A DNA stretch of 63,450 bases, counting the filler, from Lenisia limosa (Eukaryota; Protista; Breviatea): the NCBI GenBank assembly GCA_001655205.1. It is 10 parts of 10 records of this genome, joined end to end, with 100 filler letters (N's around TTAATTAATTAA, not from the genome) between each part and the next. Parts side by side here need not be neighbours in the genome. Positions count along the whole stretch, not along the records: positions 56,231 to 61,184 come from LPNZ01007628.1; positions 61,285 to 63,450 come from LPNZ01010482.1; 8 more parts are not named here. One strand, given 5' to 3'. A program made the position numbers and the translations under genes. The notes below the pieces were generated by a model. It did no database searches. It saw only the letters and a program-made list of their open reading frames with translations, and was not told the DNA's origin. Numbering within the stretch: position 1 is the stretch's first letter; each line of letters begins with the position of its first letter. Shown piece after piece: positions 56,231 through 63,450 of this stretch.

Positions 56231-57350
56231 CTGCGACGCGAGTTTACGCAAAGAGCTCATTTGCTGGCGCGCGAGAGAGGTCCTCTGCGGCTGCTCCTCA
56301 ACCTGCAACGACGAGAGCGTTGAGAGCCCCGAGAACTGCCGAAGTATTGCATCGCTATCCGCCGCCATAGTCTGATGGGGGTCATAGGGGGGAGGGGAGA
56401 CATCATGTTAATAAGGATTTATCTGTGTAGCTATAAAATTCGATTGTTTTCCCCTCCACCTAATAATAGCACTCACCTGCATGGCAAAAGAATGTAGGAA
56501 GTACATTTACTCATTTATTACCCCAAAAGGTCCCCATATTTCCAAGACTGTTGATCCAAATACAATAGAATCTAATAGTATGTATTAATTTAGTCATATT
56601 TATATCATGAATCTTAAATCAACGGTCCTTTGGATACAAATTGGCAAACCATTAGCTGGGGCGGAGAAACGGTTAGGTCGATCAGAGACTTGACTTGTAG
56701 AAATTCCGCTATCCTCTGCTTTATTAATGTGAATGCGATCTAGCGTTCTTGATTAAGACAAAAGGGGGGCAGTAACCCAAGCGAGGGCTCAAGACAAGGA
56801 AAGTGGGGAGTATTTGGAGGAGAGTGTGTCTTAATGCCTATCCTTCTTACAAATTGTTTATTATTTAGAATCGTCTTTGTGTACTATCGTCATAAAGAGG
56901 AGAAGGGTTCATTATATTTTGTGTTTTTCTTAAATTAATAATAGGTGGTACATGGCAGAAAAAGAAATATAAAGGCTTCTTTTTGATGAAGGATAATTAT
57001 TGGATAATTATCAAAATTGACTTATAAACGTATATATTAACTAAATTTAGACGTATTTGCCCTTTGAGAATGCTGGGCTAAGGCAATCATGTAAACTGTA
57101 CCCAAGTCGAATACACTCAGTTAATTAGCCTACCTTAGCTTCACTTGCTGATATTGTTCGCATCTGCAACTGCGATTGACATATAGCCTCAAAGTCAGAT
57201 TCATCAAATGAGGGGGCTTTCGCTTCTCTCGGGGCTCTTCCTCCTTCTTCTTTTCGGCCTTTCGACTCAACTTGGTAAGCATGTTCTAAGAGTGCCGGGC
57301 ATATTCCGCAAGTTACAGTCCCCTTTGCTCTCCTGTTGTCATTGATCGAA
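56231..57350 (-). CDS. Uncharacterised gene fragment
   Basis: Phase-0 join ..FEAICQSQLQMRTISASEAK|TMAADSDAILRQFSGLSTLSSLQVEEQP..; no family recognised. Confidence 0.3.
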
Positions 57351-57729
57351 ACACCAGCATTGTTTTCGATTCAACCAAACCTCTCTTGAGGAGAGCTTTG
57401 TCTTTCTTCTGGTTGGAAATCTTTGTTTCGTCTTATAGTGATCAATCATAGTGATGGTGATTATGGTGGTGTTGGTTGATGAATGTTTTTATTATTCAAT
57501 TGACTGAATAGTATTAGTTGAGGGCGGTATTGTGTTAGAAATGAGCTGGGTTTGTTGAAGACGTTTATGAGCCTTTTTCTTAATATGTTGCGTTGTTGAT
57601 TGATTTTGTTGTGAACAATTATTATTGGTAAGTCTGTTTTTTTTTTTTTTTTTTTTTTNNNNNNNNNNNNNNNNNNNNNNNNNNNNNNNNNNNNNNNNNN
57701 NNNNNNNNNNNNNNNNNNNNNNNNNNNNN

Positions 57730-60700
57730 TCCGCATTCCGCTACACATTTCAAGAGACAGTCAAGAGAAGAAATCAATTGGTGATTGCTAGTGGTCTAAC
57801 GAACTAGGATGGGCCCCTCGGGACTATGAAAACGAACTCTCGGCTTTTAAACGAGAGAGTTGGTTCGTATGCGGGGTGACAATTGGCAATGATGTTCCGT
57901 GTCTTCATTCAGACATTTTTTTTTTTTTTTTGATATTTTGTATCAAGGAAAATACTTTCAATTATATTTTTTTAGGTACCCAATATTTACGAAATTCCTG
58001 AAGACCTTCCCACTTCTTCCAATATGGTATGAGGGTATATGAACTTTGAAGTACATGTGAAGTTAAATTTTCAACCTTATTGTGAAAGCTTTAATTGTAT
58101 AACAATAACCCTAACTCTTTCACGATTTTTTTTTTTTCATAATTGCCTCATTAATGCCACATACGTCCACTATAAAGAATTTTCAACATAATAGTATGTT
58201 AATATGTGGCAGTTTTACCAATATTATCAAAGGTGTACTTTAATGTCACGTAGACGTGTTACGCTTATTGGATCACGTACGGCTTGAATAGCTGCAGACA
58301 GGATAATGACCAGATTCTGCTGCGCTTTTCTAGTGGGGNNNNNNNNNNNNNNNNNNNNNNNNNNNNNNNNNNNNNNNNNNNNNNNNNNNNNNNNNNNNNN
58401 NNNNNNNNNNNNNNNNNNNNNNNNNNNNNNNNNNNNNNNNNNNNNNNNNNNNNNNNNNNNNNNNNNNNNNNNNNNNNNNNNNNNNNNNNNNNNNNNNNNN
58501 NNNNNNNATTGTTATACACTTCATGCTCTACGTTAGACTTACCGCACCCCAGCACGCTTCTATGTTGAAGCTGAGGCAGACTACGACTTTACAGTATCTG
58601 CGTCGGACGGCTTCCTCATGAAAATCGGTATGCGGGTGCCATGTCATGGCTTTGAGGGCTGAAATATTATTGATCCATTTATTTGACATTTTCAGACGGA
58701 AGCGCGTGGCAAGGCGTCAACACCATCCGACTTTGCTCCTTTATTGGGCCGTATACCTGGGTGGCGGGGGGGGATTATTGTCATAAACCCTGTATCTGGG
58801 GGAAGGTTACACGTTGATTAATGCTATTGTCTGGATGAGACGACTTTGTGTGCGCCTCTTTCTGATATTCTGAATTTTTGGATATCACAGGCTTTGAGAT
58901 GGGTGCTCACACGGATATCTGACACTCCCAGCACCTCACGGTCGGCTTCCACGAAATGGAGATCCGCTACTTCATCCCCAGTATCCGGGAGAAGCCTTGT
59001 CTTGTTGTCCAGCGTCAGCGTGTTGGCATCGACAGTAAGGCCATAAACGTGGGGGGGCTATGGAAGTTGGTGTAATTAGTTATTTCCGTTGGCTCAGCAT
59101 ACCGTTGTGTATATTGTTTTTGGTTAAAATAGATCTGAGCTATAATCAAGACACTGTTTCCTCCCCTAACCCCCCCAGATAAACGTCAAGGAAATAATTC
59201 AAGACGGAAGCAACTTCAATGACACCTTTGTAAGTACAAACCTCTGGAGTTTTAGAAATTGGTTCTTTATTTCATATTGTTTAAGTTAATCTACTGATTT
59301 CACGCTACAGCCTAATTTAAGCAAAGTGGTCCGAGCTGGTGTCGAGTTCAAGTGGGCTGGGCGATTGTTATGACATCAATGGTCAATAGCTTGACGCTCT
59401 CAAAGCAAGATAAAAACTAATTGTTGTAGGACTGCAGTCAACCTGAAAGTGGAAGGCTTTATATCATACACCACATACCCCGAGAGGGTGTGGGGACTGT
59501 TGTTACCTTCGGAGTAGGGAGGGGAGGGGGGGATGAAGTCTTATTCTTATGCTTCATAAATATGTATTTTTTGATACCTTTCCAATAGCACGGTCCTTCT
59601 GTTACTCCCCCTCCAGCGACCCGGTACCCGCCACGTCAGGTTACCAGCGATGGGGTAGATCATCCACACAGCATCGCATCTATAAGACTATTAATGTTGC
59701 CGGTGAGTGGGCTAAATACTATTAATGTTGCTGGTGAGAGAGCGACTGGCCTGGTATTGTTTGTTTTNNNNNNNNNNNNNNNNNNNNNNNNNNNNNNNNN
59801 NNNNNNNNNNNNNNNNNNNNNNNNNNNNNNNNNNNNNNNNNNNNNNNNNNNNNNNNNNNNNNNNNNNNNNNNNNNNNNNNNNNNNNNNNNNNNNNNNNNN
59901 NNNNNNNNNNNNNNNNNNNNNNNNNNNNNNNNNNNNNNNNNNNNNNNNNNNNNNNNNNNNNNNNNNNNNNNNNNNNNNNNNNNNNNNNNNNNNNNNNNNN
60001 NNNNNNNNNNNNNNNNNNNNNNNNNNNNNNNNNNNNNNNNNNNNNNNGCATCATCAAAGTATGATTGACTTACATTTTAGATTATTCCTGACTACCCTGA
60101 TGGGACTGTAACGTCCCTCTACATGCCCCCCGTGCAGCATGCTGTTTTAGACGAGTGGCGGGAGATAACGTTCCAGTCGTATGACCAGTTCAACAACACG
60201 TATTATGACGGTATGACTATGATAATTATCTATCAAGTGGAATTAGTAGTACAATTAAAGGTAGTATAAGAACTTGCATTAGCATTGTAGTCTTACTGCT
60301 TTTGGATTCTTGACGTTTTAGGCACGTATCCTTGGAGCCCTGTCTTCCTGCTTATGCCAGATTCTGAGGTATGCTACTCACTGCCTATCTCATCCCATTT
60401 AGCCAGTAACTCATCCCATTTAGCCAGTAACTCATCCCATTTAGCCAGTAACTCATTTTGCCAGTAACTCATCCCATTTAGCCAGTAACTCATTTAGCCA
60501 GTAACTCATCCCATTTAGCCAGTAACTGGACTGACAATGGACTTCGTCAACAACTATGACGGCACCTACTACCTCAACTACTCCTTCAGTGACCCCGGGC
60601 TCTACTCCTTGCATTTCGAGGCCACCGTTGATACTGAAACTCGAACCGTGAGGGGGCAGCCGTGATCCAATTGGATACCATCTCCAACATATCTTGCCTC

Positions 60701-61184
60701 GGTTTCGTAACTCTTTGATACTCTGTGTTCCCTCAATATCAACAATATATCTTACCTCTCCCCCCGCAGACCAACGCGCAATACATCCGATGGGTTCCGA
60801 TCTGCGACCCCGGCACGTACCTCAGCGATGTTGTGGGTCCTTGTCTGCCGTACGGGGGGGGGGGCTTCAATTGGGCTCGAAAACGAACTAAATATCACGA
60901 TAAATAATATTGGATAAAAATGGATCGAGTGAAAACATCAGCTCCTCCTTTCTATTCTTAATTTACGATACACTTTAAACTTTCAAATAATCAACTCCTT
61001 TGACGTCAACGACTTAATTCTCCTTCCATTTCCGTTGCACGGCACTCATCAACCAGGTGTCCGGCCGGTCAGTCCAACCCCACAACTAACGCCACCGAGT
61101 GCACCCCTTGCACCCCGGGTACCTTCACCAACAATACCGGACAGAGTGCCTGTGAGATCTGTGATCCTGGCTACTTCTCTCTGG
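57730..61184 (+). CDS. Internal fragment of a surface protein with PA14-like, filamin-type Ig-like and GCC2_GCC3 repeats
   Basis: DYDFTVSASDGFLMKIDG and HLTVGFHEMEIRYF (PA14-like); EITFQSYDQFNN and VNNYDGTYYLNYSFSDPGLYSLHF (filamin-like Ig); CDPGTYLSDVVGPCLPCPAGQSN..ECTPCTPGTFTNNTGQSACEICDPGYFS. Confidence 0.75.
60390..60526 (+). repeat. Seven-unit tandem array containing a 3' splice site
   Basis: TCATCCCATTTAG|CCAGTAAC (21 bp) x5 interleaved with two 16-bp variants; the last AG (60517-60518) opens the coding exon. Confidence 0.9.
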
Positions 61185-61284
61185 NNNNNNNNNNNNNNNN
61201 NNNNNNNNNNNNNNNNNNNNNNNNNNNNTTAATTAATTAANNNNNNNNNNNNNNNNNNNNNNNNNNNNNNNNNNNNNNNNNNNN

Positions 61285-63086
61285 AGGACGCCCCACCACC
61301 GGAGACGTTTAGTACTCCACCGCCCGAAACCAAACAATCTTCTAGGTTGGGGGTAATGTGATATGTGTGCTATATGCACGCAGAAAGCTGTGTGTACAGA
61401 GAATGATTGAATGAACTATAATCCATAATGCAGTAACTCTGATAAGAGTGATGGTGTGGACGGCCTGGGCCAGATATAACCGTGTTTTATTTCTCCTAGC
61501 TATTCTCATGAATGTATACATGTAATTGGATTAACTACGTTTCAAAAAACACCATGAAAATATCGAGGGTTTATCAAGATCCAAGAGATTTGACATAGCA
61601 TTTCACTTTTCAGTCTTCCGTCCCCTCCAAAGTGCTCTCCAGAAGACGACTTGGAACCCCCAGGTATGATTATATTTGTTATATTTTGCATATTTGAGAA
61701 TACAAGTATCAAAATAAATGAACAATCAATCTTATCAAAAACTCATACTTGCTCTACTTTTATGTTCAACTCTAACCAGTCCAGCCCCCCTCGCGACATC
61801 AGCACCGTCAATGCCAATTGCACAGCATGGTAATCGTGGGGGGAGGGGGGGTAAAACGAAGGATATTTCGATGAAGAATATAATAAAATAAAAAAACCAT
61901 CACAAACACGAGCAACCAACGCTAAAACTAGACAGTTGNNNNNNNNNNNNNNNNNNNNNNNNNNNNNNNNNNNNNNNNNNNNNNNNNNNNNNNNNNNNNN
62001 NNNNNNNNNNNNNNNNNNNNNNNNNATTTGTGCATATCATATATCCCAATCATATGCAATTCAGCCCATCACTGTTCAGTTGCCTCCCCTGATAGGGAAC
62101 TGTTCCATCTTCTCCAACAGAACAAAACTCCTGTCAAGGCGCCCAACATCCGCTCACGGTTAGGGGGGGGGGGGGNNNNNNNNNNNNNNNNNNNNNNNNN
62201 NNNNNNNNNNNNNNNNNNNNNNNNNNNNNNNNNNNNNNNNNNNNNNNNNNNNNNNNNNNNNNNNNNNNNNNNNNNNNNNNNNNNNNNNNNNNNNNNNNNN
62301 NNNNNNNNNNNNNNNNNNNNNNNNNNNNNNNNAGTCCTGTTTTAACACATACAGACAGTCGCCCCTTCACAGCGGTGTGGAAACGTTTAACCTTGGCAAA
62401 TTCCCAAGCCTACAGGTACAAGGCTGGAGGTTTATTGGATTATAAATAGATTGTCCGTTCCTAATAAGGAAAGTGTCACCTTTTTAGAGCCTTCCTAATA
62501 AGGAAGGTGTCACCTTTTTAGAGCCTTCCTAATAGGGAAAGTGTCACCTTTTCAGAGCCTTCCCAATAGGGAAAGTATCAACCTGCACAAGGACGCAAAA
62601 GACGTGGCGTCGCGCGTCACCAAAACACTTTCCAGACCTTTGGCACCCTTGGAAGTGCCCCAACCAATAGAGGTCGGAGGTGCCTACATAACTTTGGACT
62701 ATAGTTAGATTTATAGTAAGTACATGTATATATTTATAGATATAAAATAAGAAACCAATAGAGGAGTGGTGGTTTTACTCATGATTATCATATATTACTA
62801 GACTGTTTTGTCATATTATGTCATGTCACATCATAGGAAAAACTATAATAATATCTTCCTTGATGTTCATATTCATTTCTCACAAATCAGGTTCCACACC
62901 TCAGCTCAGAATGGGACCTCTTAGGCCCGGCAATCAGCCACCCTAGGATCTTCACCAAAATCCACTTCATTCTCACCAACCTCAAATCCCGGAAGCCAGA
63001 GATTGAGAACAAGATTATTAATGGAGGTGGCGTGCTCGTGACGTCGATGAAGAGCGTTTTGCCTGGCATGTACTGTCTGGCTGTGG
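61285..63086 (+). CDS. Uncharacterised Pro-rich gene fragment
   Basis: Phase-compatible exons DAPPPETFSTPPPETK|LPSPPKCSPEDDLEPP|APLATSAPSMPIAQH|VASPDRELFHLLQQNK; later exons ..FILTNLKSRKPEIENKIINGGGVLVTSMKSVLPGMYCLAV. Confidence 0.4.
62460..62580. repeat. 34-bp tandem repeat x3.5
   Basis: CCTAATAAGGAAAGTGTCACCTTTTTAGAGCCTT units; intronic. Confidence 0.9.
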
Positions 63087-63450
63087 TGGGGGGTAAACTT
63101 TTTGATTCTTTTTATTTTATCTTTCTTTTTTTTTTTTTNNNNNNNNNNNNNNNNNNNNNNNNNNNNNNNNNNNNNNNNNNNNNNNNNNNNNNNNNNNNNN
63201 NNNNNNNNNNNNNNNNNNNNNNNNNNNNNNNNNNNNNNNNNNNNNNNNNNNNNNNNNNNNNNNNNNNNNNNNNNNNNNNNNNNNNNNNNNNNNNNNNNTA
63301 TGGGATGCCGTTGTGTGTGTCCCAAATGATAGCCAGATTCTGAGGGCTTTGTTTCATACATAGACATATCGATATGATATATTTTACATATAATACTATA
63401 TACTACATAGATATGTATTGGTTTCGTGTGATGTCAGCCAACACAGGTGA

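Noticed and set aside
60390-60526. Regularly spaced repeats here and at 39853-39957 and 62460-62580 as possible CRISPR arrays
   Set aside because: Head-to-tail tandem units without unique spacers, inside eukaryotic introns, no cas genes.
19193-61284. Nine identical TTAATTAATTAA palindromes flanked by N
   Set aside because: Fixed 44N-12-44N geometry identifies a contig-joining linker with six-frame stops, not biology; it also invalidates any gene-neighbourhood claim across these points.
63032-63090. SVLPGMYCLAVVG resembles the SPT4 C-terminal PGVYAVSV motif
   Set aside because: No zinc-binding cysteines or other SPT4 features in upstream exons.

Overview
Intron-rich eukaryotic (protist-like) genomic DNA from a fragmented draft assembly. 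Nine artificial 100-nt spacers (44 N + TTAATTAATTAA + 44 N) split the window into ten unlinked pieces, so adjacency across spacers is meaningless; many internal N gaps abut homopolymer runs. The ORF track mostly misses genes because exons are short, so all gene models below were spliced by hand (GT-AG). Well supported: a MARK/SNF1-family kinase with UBA domain, Pol III subunit RPC9/C17, ALG11, an ankyrin-repeat protein, a degenerate class III nucleotidyl cyclase fragment, domain I of a four-domain voltage-gated Ca2+/Na+ channel, and several large surface proteins (a divergent pair of signal-peptide + RCC1-like proteins, TIG/IPT and GCC2_GCC3 repeats, PA14 + filamin-like Ig). Introns are filled with at least four short dispersed repeat families: two TA-flanked MITEs, one TIR-less family, and a poly(C)-ended family always found against a splice site. 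The most unusual signals concern intron ends: the splice-site-docked repeat, six tandem duplications of exon-intron junctions, and G-run/C-run polarity of intron ends. Taxonomy cannot be fixed from this window; an amoeboid protist is only an inference from the surface-protein repertoire.
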